A DNA stretch of 64,000 nucleotides from Candidatus Falkowbacteria bacterium (GCA_012800315.1 JAAZJO010000001.1:773-64772), one strand, 5' to 3'. Numbered from the stretch's first letter, positions 35,902 through 46,786 are shown. The notes: a model not told the origin generated them from the sequence alone. Numbers and translations are program-made.

Positions 35902-36135
35902 CTATGATCTTCTTGTGCTTTCCGGTAACTTACCAATACGACGTAAATGTTCATTTTTTTTACTCAAAGCTAAACCAGCTAAAGCATGCTTCTTTTGAAG
36001 ACGTTTAGTCATTTTAGGCTCAATATACTGTTTAGATCTCGCTTTCTCCAATCTTTTATTGTTTTTTAAGCCTTTTTTAAATTTTCGTAAAAAACTCTCA
36101 AAACTTTCTCCGGGTTTTCTTTTAAAGTCTGCCAT
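35902..36135 (-). CDS. rpsU: 30S ribosomal protein S21
   Basis: 77 aa and basic. ..KRKPGESFESFLRKFKKGLKNNKRLEKARSKQYIEPKMTKRLQKKHA.. matches the S21 pattern (ES.E..LRRFKR......G.l.e.r.r..yekPs..Rkrk). Confidence 0.75.
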   Translation of the reverse strand: MADFKRKPGESFESFLRKFKKGLKNNKRLEKARSKQYIEPKMTKRLQKKHALAGLALSKKNEHLRRIGKLPESTRRS

Positions 36136-37507
36136 GTAGTTCTTCCTCCTTTCTAATATTTAATCTTTTTTCAATTATTTTATCTTTTTTAATTAAACGC
36201 TCTTTTATTTTCTTAAAAACAACCACTTCCTGAGCACTAGAATCCATATCGCGCATTAAAATTGTACCATCTAATATCTCTTTTTTACCTAATATTAAAC
36301 ATGTTCTTGCCTTAAGTGCCGCCGCTTCCTCTAGCTGTGTTCTTAAACTATCAGAAGTAAAAGATTGTTTCACATTAAAACCAGCTTTACGCAATTCCTG
36401 GAATAACTGCAAAGCCTTAAGCTTCGCCTGTTCTCCTAATTGAGCAATAAATATTATATTCTCTTCTCCTGGATTTGCCAAGCTGTGTTTATCTTTCAAG
36501 CGAGACAGCGTTCTTTCAATACCAATAGCCAAACCAATCGCTGGGGTTGGCTCGCCGCCCAAGCTATTAATTAAAGAATCATAACGACCACCACCAGCCA
36601 AGGCTAATTTGCCCTGAGCCGATCCATCTTCATTAAGTGGCCAAAATTCAAAAACCGTATCATTATAATAATTTAAACCCCTAACTAAATAGGGATTAAA
36701 ATTATAACTAATATTTAATTCATCTAGAAATTCTAAAGTTTTAGTAAAATATTCACGACTTTCATCAGATAAATAATCAGCAATTTGCGGCGCTTCTTCA
36801 CGCAGCTTAACACAAGCATCCTCCTTACAATCAAGCAAGCCAAGAATATTCTTGCCTAAATTATTTTTACAAGAATTACATAATTTAGAACGACGTCCTC
36901 TTTCCTTATAGAATGCCATTAGTTTACTACTATATTCACGACGACATTCAACTGAACCAATACTATTCACTTGAACTTGAGTGGCGATTCCTAATTCTTC
37001 AAAAAAATTATGGGCAATTGAAATTAAAATAGCTTCCGTGATTGGGTTTTTTTCACCAATTATTTCTAAGTCAAGTTGAGTTGATTCACGATAGCGGCCA
37101 GATTGTAATTTTTCTCGCCGGAAAATTGGTCCTAAAGAAAAAAGTCTAACTGGTAAATTACCTTCATTTAATTTATTTTCTAAATAAGCTCGTAAAATTC
37201 CCTGTGTTAATTCTGGGCGCAAAACTAGACGCTCACTTTTTTCACCTTCAACCGCATAAAACTCCCTTTCAAGATTGCTGCGAGTTGATTTTTTATAAAG
37301 ATCAAAACTTTCAATAATCGGTGTTTTTATTGGTGAAAAACTATAAGCCTTAGCCAAATTTAGCGCTTTATTTACCAGTAAATCATAACAAACACATTCC
37401 GAGCCAAGAATATCCTTCATCCCTAAAAGACGAGGAATAACTTTGCCACTGCGCTCTTCCGTTTTTTTAACATTGCTATCAGTTGAAGTTTTTTTTACTC
37501 TAGGCAT
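36122..37507 (-). CDS. hisS: Histidine--tRNA ligase
   Basis: Class II motifs: LRPELTQGILRAY, FRREKLQSGRYRESTQLDLEIIG, LAGGGRYDSLI, PAIGLAIGIER. C-terminal anticodon-binding domain. Confidence 0.92.
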   Translation of the reverse strand: MPRVKKTSTDSNVKKTEERSGKVIPRLLGMKDILGSECVCYDLLVNKALNLAKAYSFSPIKTPIIESFDLYKKSTRSNLEREFYAVEGEKSERLVLRPELTQGILRAYLENKLNEGNLPVRLFSLGPIFRREKLQSGRYRESTQLDLEIIGEKNPITEAILISIAHNFFEELGIATQVQVNSIGSVECRREYSSKLMAFYKERGRRSKLCNSCKNNLGKNILGLLDCKEDACVKLREEAPQIADYLSDESREYFTKTLEFLDELNISYNFNPYLVRGLNYYNDTVFEFWPLNEDGSAQGKLALAGGGRYDSLINSLGGEPTPAIGLAIGIERTLSRLKDKHSLANPGEENIIFIAQLGEQAKLKALQLFQELRKAGFNVKQSFTSDSLRTQLEEAAALKARTCLILGKKEILDGTILMRDMDSSAQEVVVFKKIKERLIKKDKIIEKRLNIRKEEELHGRL

Positions 37508-37519
37508 AATAATGAAATA

Positions 37520-38089
37520 TTAAATATTATACTCTGGCCAACAATCTTTATTAAATAATTGCATCTCACTGAGTGGCCAGCCACGAAATAAAATTTTACC
37601 AATTACAAAACTTTTATTAATCGGCCCAAAATAACGAGAATCTTTTGAAGCATTACGATTATCCCCTAAAACAAAATATTCATCTGGGCCAATGGTAATT
37701 TTTTCTTCACTATCACTAAAAGTTTCTAAATTTTCCGGCAAATAGTTTTCAGTTAAAACCATTCCTTCTGGATACTCATTATTAAAAATAATAACTTGTC
37801 CATCTTTAATTTGAACCTGTTCTCCCGGCAAGCCAATTAAGCGTTTAATAAAATATTCTTGAGGATCACGGGGGTAGCGAAAAACAATTACTTGCCCACG
37901 CTCCGCTGGAGCGAAGCGATAACTTAATTCATCAACAATTAAATACTCTTTATCTAAAAAATTAGGTTCCATGGAATCTCCTTTCACAAAAAACGGCTGA
38001 ATTAAGAAATGGCGAATTGGTATTATAATAGCAGCCGAAATCAGAACCACCTTAACTAGCTCCCAAACAAACAAAAAAAATTTTTTCAT
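37520..38089 (-). CDS. lepB: Signal peptidase I
   Basis: GDSMEPNF (catalytic Ser), KRLIGLPGE (Lys box), GDNRNASKDSRYFGP. I prefer the start MKKFFLF.. at 38089 over the track start at 38134. Confidence 0.9.
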   Translation of the reverse strand: MKKFFLFVWELVKVVLISAAIIIPIRHFLIQPFFVKGDSMEPNFLDKEYLIVDELSYRFAPAERGQVIVFRYPRDPQEYFIKRLIGLPGEQVQIKDGQVIIFNNEYPEGMVLTENYLPENLETFSDSEEKITIGPDEYFVLGDNRNASKDSRYFGPINKSFVIGKILFRGWPLSEMQLFNKDCWPEYNI

Positions 38090-38192
38090 ATTGAACAAAG
38101 AAAAGTTAAAATCGGGATAGAAAAATGCTAACAATTAGCTCAAATTGTACCAAAAAATGAAAAAAAAATCAAATCCGCATTATCAGCTAATT

Positions 38193-39245
38193 TTAGTAAA
38201 TAAACATCGCATCACCATAACTAAAAAACCGATAACCTCGCTTAACTGCCTCGGAATAGGCAGCGCGTATCTGTTTTTTACCCGCTAAAGCGCTCACCAA
38301 CATTAACAAGGTTGATTTCGGTAAATGAAAATTAGTAATTAAAGCATCAACTACTTTAAAAGTATAACCAGGATAAATAAAAATATCAGTCCAAAATGAT
38401 TGCTTAACTATTTGCTGACTATTTTTTAATTGCTCCCAATTAATTGATTCTAGTGAACGACAACTGGTTGTCCCCACAGCAATCACACGATGTTTAGCCT
38501 TCTTAGCTGCTAAAATTGCTTTTAATGTAGCTGCTTTAATCTCTACCAATTCCCGATGCATTTTGTGCTCAGCAATATTTTCTGTTTTTACGGGAGTAAA
38601 TGTTCCTAAACCAACATGTAGAGTTATGTAAACTATTTTTACTCCTTTATTTTTTATTTTTCTTAGCAATTCTTTAGTTAGGTGCAACCCAGCAGTTGGT
38701 GCAGCCACCGAGCCAATTTTATTATCTGCTGCAAAAACTGTTTGGTAGTTATTTTTATCACTAATAATTTGCTTATCTCTCTTGATATATGGCGGCAAGG
38801 GAACTTCACCAATTTTATTGATCTCACGCCAAAACTTTTCTCCCAATAAATTAAACTTCAATTGCCAAGTCCCATCATGATTATCCTTAATCACTTCCGC
38901 TGCTAATAATTTTGATAAAATAATTATTAATCCTGCTTTTACCTTTCCCTTCAATAAGCACTCCCAAGTATTTTTTGATAATTTCCGATGTAAAAATATT
39001 TCCGTCTTACCACCCGTTTCTTTTTTGTATCCAATCAAGCGTGCCGGAAAAACTTTAGAATTATTTAAAACCAAAAGATCTCCTGCTTGCAGATAATCAA
39101 TAATGTTAAAAAAATATTTATGTTCTATCTTCCCACTTTGACGATTAAGCAACAATAACCGCGAGTGATCCCGCGGTTTAATTTGTTTTTGAGCAATAAG
39201 TTCTGGGGGTAAATGATAATCAAATTCCTTCAACGACAAAAACAT
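38193..39245 (-). CDS. queA: S-adenosylmethionine:tRNA ribosyltransferase-isomerase
   Basis: FDYHLPPELIAQKQIKPRDHSRLLLL start, ..GSVAAPTAGLHLT.., ..HVGLGTF.PV.., RFFSYGDAM end. Confidence 0.92.
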   Translation of the reverse strand: MFLSLKEFDYHLPPELIAQKQIKPRDHSRLLLLNRQSGKIEHKYFFNIIDYLQAGDLLVLNNSKVFPARLIGYKKETGGKTEIFLHRKLSKNTWECLLKGKVKAGLIIILSKLLAAEVIKDNHDGTWQLKFNLLGEKFWREINKIGEVPLPPYIKRDKQIISDKNNYQTVFAADNKIGSVAAPTAGLHLTKELLRKIKNKGVKIVYITLHVGLGTFTPVKTENIAEHKMHRELVEIKAATLKAILAAKKAKHRVIAVGTTSCRSLESINWEQLKNSQQIVKQSFWTDIFIYPGYTFKVVDALITNFHLPKSTLLMLVSALAGKKQIRAAYSEAVKRGYRFFSYGDAMFIY

Positions 39246-39275
39246 AAATCAATCATTAATTTATTTTGTTTTAAC

Positions 39276-40316
39276 CTAAATTAATTTATCTGTTCCTGGC
39301 ATTTTTAGGCCCAGATGTTCATAACCTAAATGCGTAATCACTCGGCCACGTGGTGAACGATCTAAAAATCCCAAACGCATTAAATAAGGTTCATACATAT
39401 TTTCAATTGTATCCATTTCTTCGCCGGTAGCCGCCGCTAAAGTATTTAAACCAACTGGACCACCCTTAAATTTCACCGCAATAGTTTCTAGAATACGACG
39501 ATCAATTAAATCCAAACCTAGCTCATCAATTTCTAACATTTTAAAAGCCTCTAAACAACTTTTTAAAGTAATTTTACCATCTCCTTTTACTTCGCAATAA
39601 TCACGCACTCTCTTAAATAAACGATTAGCGATACGTGGTGTACGGCGACTACGAGCCGCAATAGCTGTTTTTGCTTCAGCCTCTATCTCTACCTTTAAAA
39701 TTCGGGCGCTCCGCATAATAATTTTTTCAATATCAACTATTTCATAAAATCCTAAATGGTGAGTGATACCAAAACGATCGCGCAAAGGTGCCGATAATAA
39801 ACTAGCTAGTGTAGTCGCGCCAATAATAGTAAATCTCGGCAAATCTAAACGCAAAGTTCTAGCGCTTGGCCCCTTACCCATAATAATATCCAAAGAAAAG
39901 TCTTCCATGGCTGGATATAAAATTTCTTCAATCGTTTTTCTTAAACGATGGATTTCATCAATAAATAAAATATCACCTTCTTCTAAATTAGTTAAAATAG
40001 CAGCTAAATCACCGGCCTTTTCAATCGCTGGCCCAGAAGTAACCTTAATATTGGCTCCGATTTCATTAGCAATAACATGGGCTAAGGTTGTTTTACCTAA
40101 ACCGGGCGCACCATATAATAAAATGTGTTCAATCGGTTCGCCCCGCTTCTTAGCAGCCGCAATAGTAATTTCTAAATTAGCTTTTATTTTTTCTTGCCCA
40201 ACATATTCTTTTAAAGTTTTTGGACGTAAAGATGAATCAAAAGCTTCGTCGCCCTGATGTTCTATCGGACTAATTAAACGCTCTTCGGTTTCATCAATGT
40301 TTATTTTAGTAGCCAT
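39276..40316 (-). CDS. ruvB: Holliday junction branch migration helicase RuvB
   Basis: [14 protein letters not shown], Walker [10 protein letters not shown], Walker [11 protein letters not shown], sensor TLVGATT-like IIGATT, C-terminal winged helix. Confidence 0.95.
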   Translation of the reverse strand: MATKINIDETEERLISPIEHQGDEAFDSSLRPKTLKEYVGQEKIKANLEITIAAAKKRGEPIEHILLYGAPGLGKTTLAHVIANEIGANIKVTSGPAIEKAGDLAAILTNLEEGDILFIDEIHRLRKTIEEILYPAMEDFSLDIIMGKGPSARTLRLDLPRFTIIGATTLASLLSAPLRDRFGITHHLGFYEIVDIEKIIMRSARILKVEIEAEAKTAIAARSRRTPRIANRLFKRVRDYCEVKGDGKITLKSCLEAFKMLEIDELGLDLIDRRILETIAVKFKGGPVGLNTLAAATGEEMDTIENMYEPYLMRLGFLDRSPRGRVITHLGYEHLGLKMPGTDKLI

Positions 40317-40327
40317 ATTTTTTATAA

Positions 40328-43300
40328 TTAACGCTGTTTAAATTCACAAATAGAATTAAAATCACAAAACCCACACAACGATGAGGGGGTTGGCGCAAAG
40401 TTTTGCTTCTTAATCAAAGAAATTTTTTCCTTGACCCATAATTGCACCTTAGTAATATCTTTAGCGGTAGCTGTAAAAGTGAGCTTCTCACCACTCTCTA
40501 CATAATAATAAGTCAGGGCACTCACTTTGATCCCTAAAAATTCTTCAGTAAATAATTGATATAAAATAAGTTGGCTCTTATCCTTAAGCTCTAATTTAGA
40601 TTTTGTTTGGCCAGTTTTATAATCAATTATTTCTAAAGTTCCGTCGGGCAGTTTATCAACTCTATCAATAGTTCCCTTAATAATCTCGCCGCCGATTTTA
40701 AAAGAAAAGCTCTTCTCTAAAAATATTATTTCCTGTGGCGGATTAGCTGAATAATTTTGCCAAAACTTCTTTAAAGCTTCAATCCCTTTTTTATAATAAG
40801 CTTCTCTTTCAGCTTTATTTTTATAACCATCCCCCTGCCAAAGCTCTTCATAAATTTCTAACAATCGTTTTTCGGTTAACAGTTTGGATAATTTATCTTG
40901 TTTCTCTTTTTTCTTTTTAGCTCCATCAAGTTCAGCAAATAAATCACCTTGCATTTTTCGCCATTCACTCATGGTTGGTAAAAGGAAATTATATAAAGTA
41001 CTATGTATAACACGACCAAAAATAAGATTGGACTTATCAGTTGAGGCTGGAATCTTTAAAACAAAAGCGTATTTATATTGTAATGGGCAAGTAGAAACAG
41101 CGGTTAATTGTGAAAAAGAAAATTTATCTGGCAAAGGATATTTTTCTTCTGTAGACAGTTGCTGACTACTAGCTTCTTGAGAGTTTAAATAATGTAAATC
41201 TCGTAAAAATTCATTTTTCTGTGTTAATTTAATTTCTGGTGCTAGAGAATCTTCTATCCCCATTTCTGATAAAAAACGTGATGGCTTTTTTTCGCGTACT
41301 CCGCCGTAATCTTTAGCGCCCGTTAAATATAACTCCTCCTTAGCTCGGGTGACAGCTACATAAAATAAACGGCGCTCTTCTTCTAAGTGGAAGTCTGCTC
41401 CCGCAACAGTCTTTTCCTTAACTAAATCATCTGGCAAAGGAATTTTTTCTCCGCGAGCAATGGTCGGAAATTTTTTATCTACTAAATTAACCAGAAAGAC
41501 ATATTGAAACTCTAAACCTTTTGAGCCATGAACTGTCATAATCTTCACTGTTTCATTATCAACAAAATCTAATTTAAGTGAACCTGTTTCTCCGGCCTCT
41601 AACTCCAAATTAATTGCGGCCAAAAAGTCTTTCAGATGTAAATCTGGCTCAGCCTCCTCCATTTTTTTTATTTTTTGATAAAACTGATTTAAATAAGAAA
41701 ATAATTCTAAGTCCCGATCATGATCTAAATCAGCTAATAGTCCCGACTCATAAACAAAGGTTAAAAATATTTTTGAAGTACTTTGCTGCGCCACTAAAGC
41801 AGAATGGGCAGTAATTAAATTTAATAGTTTTTTAATATTTTTAATACTTTCAGTACTCACTCCAGAAATAGAATCAATATTCTTTAGCGCTTCATATAAA
41901 GACCAAACCTTGCGAGTTGCTTTTTTATTAATCGTCACTAAATCAAGATGAGAAACTTTAAAAATATCCATATTCAAAACCCGAAAAAGGGCTGATGATT
42001 CATGATAATTATCTAGTAAACGCAAATAAGCTAAAATATCTAAAATAAGCGGTTTATAATAAAGACCGCGCCAAGACATAAATTGATTAGGAATATTATA
42101 ACGCCCAAGCGCTTTAACATAAGCATCAGCTGTATCATTAGCGCGCACTAAAATGGCAAAATCTGACCAACTAATTTTTTCCCCAGCCGCCTGTTTCCTT
42201 TGATAAATATCTAAGATCCTTTGAGCTACAAAAGAAGTTTCTTCTTCAGCTGTTTCAAAATTATAAAATTTAACCGCCGGCTCAGTTTTTGGTTTTTTAG
42301 CTATTTTACCCTTAGCTTTCAACTGTTTATTTATTTTTAGTTTCTCTTCTAAGCGATTAGGATTATTATTTTGAATAAAGCGATGAGCATAATCTAAAAT
42401 CTCCTGACGAGAACGATAATTTTCTGTTAAAACTAATTCAGCCGCCTTTTTAAAATCATCTTTAAATTGCATGATATTAGAAATAGAGGCACCGCGAAAT
42501 TTATAGATTGAATTATGAACAAAAATTTCATCAGCTACAAAATTATGAGTCCCAGCAATTTCTAAATCATAAACAAAATCCTTTTTTGTCTGCTCTTGAC
42601 GATCAACAACTTGATCATATACTATGCCCGAGTCACTCATAATTGGCACAGACATGCCGGGAAAAACATTTTTTGCTGGAACAACTGTTGCCTGCAAAAC
42701 TTTTTCCTTTGCTTTAGCAATTTTCATCTGCGGCTCAATCAAGCCAGCAAACTCTTTTTGTATTCTTAAAGCAATGCGACCTAAATATTTTAAATCATCA
42801 CTCTGTAAAAACAGGCTTTTCTTTTTAGCACCACTTACTATACTAAAACCCATTTTTTTCAATTTTGAAATTGTTATTTGATCAGTAGTTTCAATCCTTA
42901 AACAATGAAAAGCCTTAGGTTTGGCTAAAGAATTATTTTTACTTATTTTTGAATTATGCTTTTGAGAGCACATTTCTAAATTAATCTTGAATTTTGCTTT
43001 ATTGCCATAATTCGCCGTCTCTGCATAACAAGGCGCTGACTCTAAATCAAGATTAAGGTCTTGAGCTAAACGACGCACCCCCGCCTCTACTTTTAACTCC
43101 CGACTTAATTTTTCACTCCACTTTTTCTCATTCAATAAACTATCTCTTTCCCGACAATAATTAACCGGAATTCTGTATTTTAAAGACAATAATTCTTTGT
43201 AATAACCAGCTTCTGCTAGTGTCTTGAAACTGCGAACAGCTATTATTCTATCGGCTGATTTTTCTAATCGCAATTGCGAAGCTAAATCATTAGTTAAGCC

Positions 43301-44404
43301 AATTCGCCAACCTAATTCTGGCTTAAAGATCAAATAAACATAAAAATATTTTTTATCAGCAATGCGCGGGACAAAACAAAATAGTTTATGATTATCAGTC
43401 ACCGTAACTTTCTTGCCGGAGTTAGTAGTAAAAGTTAAAAATAAAGCCTCTTTTTTAATTTTATTAACCTGAGAAACCTGACCATAACTCCAAGCTCCCT
43501 TGCCAACCGCCGTGACGACCTCATCACCTTTTTTTATTTCTTTAATTTTTTTTGACTGACCACTATTCAACAAAACTAAAGAATCACCCGGCAAACATTG
43601 ATCATCATCACCCACAACTACTAAATTATTTTTTGGCGCAGCCAAGATTTTTACTAACTCATACTGAGCCCAATTCGTATCCTGAAATTCGTCCACCATG
43701 ATATATTTAAATTTTTGACGATAATATTGTAAAATATTCGGACGTTCAGAAAATAATTTTAAAGTATAAACAATTAAATCACCAAAATCTAAATAATTAT
43801 TTTCTAATAATAGTTGATTATAAACTTGATAAGCCTCAGCTAACTCCTTTATTCTAGCTACCTCCATTTCTTCACCCTCATCAGCCGTTTTTTTTAAGCT
43901 AGCAGCATATTTTAAATATTCTGCCGGAGTAATATTTTCATCTTTAAGACGAGAAAAATGACGAATCAATTCGGAAATGAATTTAGTTGGATTGCCTAAA
44001 GGACGATAATAATCCAAATTAAAACGTGTTAAATTTTTTCTAATTAATATCCATTGATCTGTTTCTGTTAATAATCTGAAATTAGCATTTAATCCAATAT
44101 CTAAAGCGTGTTCACGTAATAATCGTTCTCCAAAACTATGAAAAGTACTAATCCAAAGATCAACATAACCATAAGGTAAAATTTGGTCCGCTCGTTCCTC
44201 CATTTCGCTCGCTGCTTTTTCCGTAAAAGTTAATAACAGAATTTGGTCTGCCGGGACTTTTTTCTCCATAATTAAATAAGTCAAACGATTAATTAAAACC
44301 GTGGTTTTGCCTGTGCCGGCACCAGCAATAATTAAAAGAGGACCAGCCTCATGAGTAACAGCCTGTCTCTGTTCCTTATTTAATTTTTCTAATATTTTTT
44401 TCAT
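40328..44404 (-). CDS. UvrD/PcrA-family helicase interrupted by an intein and fused to a C-terminal Cas4/AddB-type PD-(D/E)xK nuclease with 4-Cys cluster
   Basis: Motif [10 protein letters not shown]; motif [10 protein letters not shown]; motif III split as VVGDDDQ | intein | SIYKFRGA; later motifs VHGSKGLEF and YVAVTRAK. The C-terminal 264 aa carry CPLQYKY ... [13 protein letters not shown] ... QLILYQL ... [10 protein letters not shown] (C-x2-C-x5-C). Confidence 0.85.
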   Translation of the reverse strand: MKKILEKLNKEQRQAVTHEAGPLLIIAGAGTGKTTVLINRLTYLIMEKKVPADQILLLTFTEKAASEMEERADQILPYGYVDLWISTFHSFGERLLREHALDIGLNANFRLLTETDQWILIRKNLTRFNLDYYRPLGNPTKFISELIRHFSRLKDENITPAEYLKYAASLKKTADEGEEMEVARIKELAEAYQVYNQLLLENNYLDFGDLIVYTLKLFSERPNILQYYRQKFKYIMVDEFQDTNWAQYELVKILAAPKNNLVVVGDDDQCLPGDSLVLLNSGQSKKIKEIKKGDEVVTAVGKGAWSYGQVSQVNKIKKEALFLTFTTNSGKKVTVTDNHKLFCFVPRIADKKYFYVYLIFKPELGWRIGLTNDLASQLRLEKSADRIIAVRSFKTLAEAGYYKELLSLKYRIPVNYCRERDSLLNEKKWSEKLSRELKVEAGVRRLAQDLNLDLESAPCYAETANYGNKAKFKINLEMCSQKHNSKISKNNSLAKPKAFHCLRIETTDQITISKLKKMGFSIVSGAKKKSLFLQSDDLKYLGRIALRIQKEFAGLIEPQMKIAKAKEKVLQATVVPAKNVFPGMSVPIMSDSGIVYDQVVDRQEQTKKDFVYDLEIAGTHNFVADEIFVHNSIYKFRGASISNIMQFKDDFKKAAELVLTENYRSRQEILDYAHRFIQNNNPNRLEEKLKINKQLKAKGKIAKKPKTEPAVKFYNFETAEEETSFVAQRILDIYQRKQAAGEKISWSDFAILVRANDTADAYVKALGRYNIPNQFMSWRGLYYKPLILDILAYLRLLDNYHESSALFRVLNMDIFKVSHLDLVTINKKATRKVWSLYEALKNIDSISGVSTESIKNIKKLLNLITAHSALVAQQSTSKIFLTFVYESGLLADLDHDRDLELFSYLNQFYQKIKKMEEAEPDLHLKDFLAAINLELEAGETGSLKLDFVDNETVKIMTVHGSKGLEFQYVFLVNLVDKKFPTIARGEKIPLPDDLVKEKTVAGADFHLEEERRLFYVAVTRAKEELYLTGAKDYGGVREKKPSRFLSEMGIEDSLAPEIKLTQKNEFLRDLHYLNSQEASSQQLSTEEKYPLPDKFSFSQLTAVSTCPLQYKYAFVLKIPASTDKSNLIFGRVIHSTLYNFLLPTMSEWRKMQGDLFAELDGAKKKKEKQDKLSKLLTEKRLLEIYEELWQGDGYKNKAEREAYYKKGIEALKKFWQNYSANPPQEIIFLEKSFSFKIGGEIIKGTIDRVDKLPDGTLEIIDYKTGQTKSKLELKDKSQLILYQLFTEEFLGIKVSALTYYYVESGEKLTFTATAKDITKVQLWVKEKISLIKKQNFAPTPSSLCGFCDFNSICEFKQR
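42512..43597 (-). mobile_element. Intein (362 aa) inserted in helicase motif III of the UvrD-like gene
   Basis: Begins with Cys ([10 protein letters not shown], block A). Block B is [10 protein letters not shown] (TxxH). Ends [21 protein letters not shown] followed by +1 Ser (SIYKFRGA). Removing it restores [13 protein letters not shown]. Confidence 0.85.
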
Positions 44405-44408
44405 TGTT

Positions 44409-45674
44409 TTAAAATTTTAAAATAGCTTTTATTTTCTCATCTTTTAAATCACCAATAATTGCCAAATTTAAATTTTTATTAACAAATAAACGCTGTGCTA
44501 AATCACGAATCTGCTCTGCTGAAATTGCTTTGAGGCGACGAATCATTTCGCCGGGGGTAATTATCTTTTTACGATAAATAGCTTGGCGAGCATACCAATT
44601 CGCTAAATTATCAGATGCTTCCATTTGCAAAAGAAGGCGTCCTTGGAACATATCCTTAGCGCGTTTTAGTTCTTTAGCCGGAATCAACTCTTTAGTTAAT
44701 TTTTTATATTCTGCCAAAATTATTTTAATCGCTTTTTCTATTTTATCAGTCGGCACACCCGCCTGAGTAGTTAAATAACCAGAATCAGAATAAGCTTCGG
44801 TGATTGTATTAACATAATAAGCTAAACCATTGCGTTCACGTAAACTAATAAACAAGCGCGAGCTCATTGAACCACCTAAAATAATTGAGAGCAATTTTAA
44901 TTTAAACTCATCTGGATGACCAACCGGCAAAGCTCTTACCCCTAAAGAAATAGCTGCTTGATCAGTTTTTTTATAAGAAATTTTTAGTTGAGGAGTTTTT
45001 TGTTTTTCTACAACCGCTAATTTAGGCGGATATTTATTAGGTTTTAAAACAGAAAAAAGTTTTTCCACTAATTTTTGATCAGCTGGTTTTAAGCCTCCCG
45101 CCATAACTATATAAGCACTTCGGGAACCATATTGTAATTCTAAATAATTAATAAAATCCTCACGTTTAAAGCGCAAAATATTTTCTTTAGTACCAATCGT
45201 TTCCCAGCCAGCTGGTGTATCACCATAAAGACAGGTTTCAAAAATATCTTCAATATGCATGCGGGGATTATCTTCATACATATTTAATTCTTCAATAATA
45301 ACCCCTTTTTCTCGCTCAATTTCCTCCGCAGCAAACAAAGAATTAGATAACATATCACTTAAAATTTCCAAAGCCTTGCCTAACTTATTATTCGCTACCT
45401 TAAACCAATACCCAGTATATTCTTTGCCAGTAAAAGCATTATACTCTCCGCCCAAAGCATCCATTTCGCTAGAAATAGCTAAAGCGCTTGGACGTTTTTT
45501 AGTTCCTTTAAAAAACATGTGCTCTAAAAAATGGGAAATACCATTATTAGTCGCCTGTTCATGTCTAGAGCCAGTTTTAAAAACAATTAAAGCCGTTGTC
45601 GTTTTAGCCCCCTTTATCGGTACGGTGATAATTGGTATTTTATTTGACAAAACGGCCTTTTTATAAGTATTCAT
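44409..45674 (-). CDS. M16-family (pitrilysin-like) zinc peptidase
   Basis: Inverted zinc motif HFLEHMFFKGT (HxxEH) and downstream Glu in EREKGVIIEE. 421 aa. Confidence 0.85.
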   Translation of the reverse strand: MNTYKKAVLSNKIPIITVPIKGAKTTTALIVFKTGSRHEQATNNGISHFLEHMFFKGTKKRPSALAISSEMDALGGEYNAFTGKEYTGYWFKVANNKLGKALEILSDMLSNSLFAAEEIEREKGVIIEELNMYEDNPRMHIEDIFETCLYGDTPAGWETIGTKENILRFKREDFINYLELQYGSRSAYIVMAGGLKPADQKLVEKLFSVLKPNKYPPKLAVVEKQKTPQLKISYKKTDQAAISLGVRALPVGHPDEFKLKLLSIILGGSMSSRLFISLRERNGLAYYVNTITEAYSDSGYLTTQAGVPTDKIEKAIKIILAEYKKLTKELIPAKELKRAKDMFQGRLLLQMEASDNLANWYARQAIYRKKIITPGEMIRRLKAISAEQIRDLAQRLFVNKNLNLAIIGDLKDEKIKAILKF

Positions 45675-45719
45675 AAGATTATTTATTATTTATCAACTGT
45701 TCTAAATTTACCATATTTT

Positions 45720-45728
45720 TGTTATAAT
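45720..45728 (+). promoter_or_regulatory. Extended -10 promoter element (TGTTATAAT) for radC
   Basis: Exact TGnTATAAT match 48 nt upstream of the ATG at 45777. Confidence 0.4.
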
Positions 45729-45776
45729 TTAAAGATAGAAGTTATTCTTCATATTTTATTATTAACCTTTACTAAT

Positions 45777-46493
45777 ATGTCTTATAAAATTAGCGACCGT
45801 AATTTTATTTTAAATCACGGTAAGCAGTATAAAATTTTAGCGGTCCGCGATTTACCAGACAATGAGAAGCCGCGGGAAAAATTACTTCAGTATGGAGTTG
45901 GCGCTCTTAGTTCAGCCGAGCTGTTAGCGATTGTTCTGGGCGTTGGCACAAAAAAAGAAGAAGTTTTCTCTATGGCTAATCGTCTCCTGCGTGAATATGG
46001 AGAAAAAGGAATTGCTTATCAGCGTGATCCAGCTATTATTGAAAAAGATCTGAAAATTCCGAGCGCTAAAGCTTGCCAAATTGTTGCCTGCTTTGAACTG
46101 GGTCGTCGTTTTTATCAAAAAAAACCAGGCAGCCTCATTACTATTCGCACCGCCAAACAAGCTTTTACCTATTTAAAAGATATGGGTAATCTAAATAAAG
46201 AACAATTCCGCGGACTCTATCTTAACTCCCATTATCAATTAGTTCACGATGAAGTAATTTCTATTGGCACATTAAACGCTTCTTTAGTTGCTCCCCGTGA
46301 AGTCTTTCGCCCAGCTTTAGAATATTCAGCGGCCGCCATCATTATTGCCCATAATCATCCGTCCGGAAGCTTAAAAGCAACTAAAGCAGATGTTGAAATA
46401 ACTAATAAATTGATTGAGGCCGGTAATATTATGGATATTGAAGTACTTGATCATATTATCATTGGCAAAAATAAATTTGCCAGTATTTTATAA
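45777..46493 (+). CDS. radC: RadC-like JAB/MPN domain protein
   Basis: N-terminal helix-hairpin-helix-like region (PREKLLQYGVGALSSAELLAIVLGVG). JAMM motif HNHPSG and surrounding RadC pattern (EV.RPAL...AAAIIIAHNHPSG). Confidence 0.88.
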   Translation: MSYKISDRNFILNHGKQYKILAVRDLPDNEKPREKLLQYGVGALSSAELLAIVLGVGTKKEEVFSMANRLLREYGEKGIAYQRDPAIIEKDLKIPSAKACQIVACFELGRRFYQKKPGSLITIRTAKQAFTYLKDMGNLNKEQFRGLYLNSHYQLVHDEVISIGTLNASLVAPREVFRPALEYSAAAIIIAHNHPSGSLKATKADVEITNKLIEAGNIMDIEVLDHIIIGKNKFASIL

Positions 46494-46501
46494 CTCTCAA
46501 A

Positions 46502-46786
46502 ATGCCTGAAAAAAAATATAAAATCAAGCCACTTGTCTGGCTTGTTCGTGATGAAAAAAGCGCAAAATTTCATGTAAAAAATGACGATTATTTTGGAACC
46601 ATCGCCACTATTTTAAGTTTAATCAAGCAGCAAATAAAAAAAGATGCCTGTCCAAATGCCGCTACCTTAAATAAAATACTAGGAAACCTAGAAAAAGAAT
46701 TAATGTTTCTACAAAAAAATTATCAAATTAAGCCTAAAATTAAAAACAAGAAAAAGACACCAAACGGTAAGCTAAGCAACCAGTGA
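46502..46786 (+). CDS. Hypothetical small basic protein
   Basis: 94-aa ORF 8 nt after radC. No recognisable motif. Its 3' end overlaps the convergent gene by 64 nt, so the true extent is uncertain. Confidence 0.3.
   Translation: MPEKKYKIKPLVWLVRDEKSAKFHVKNDDYFGTIATILSLIKQQIKKDACPNAATLNKILGNLEKELMFLQKNYQIKPKIKNKKKTPNGKLSNQ

Noticed and set aside
39763-40257. 164-aa plus-strand ORF.
   Set aside because: Antisense within ruvB, whose product has all conserved motifs. Shadow ORF.
45259-45666. 135-aa plus-strand ORF.
   Set aside because: Antisense within the M16 peptidase gene, with no motifs. Shadow ORF.
46723-46786. 64-nt convergent overlap between the 94-aa hypothetical ORF and the Wzy_C gene.
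   Set aside because: Most likely the small ORF's Lys-rich 3' extension is fortuitous in AT-rich sequence. This is not strong enough to call antisense regulation.
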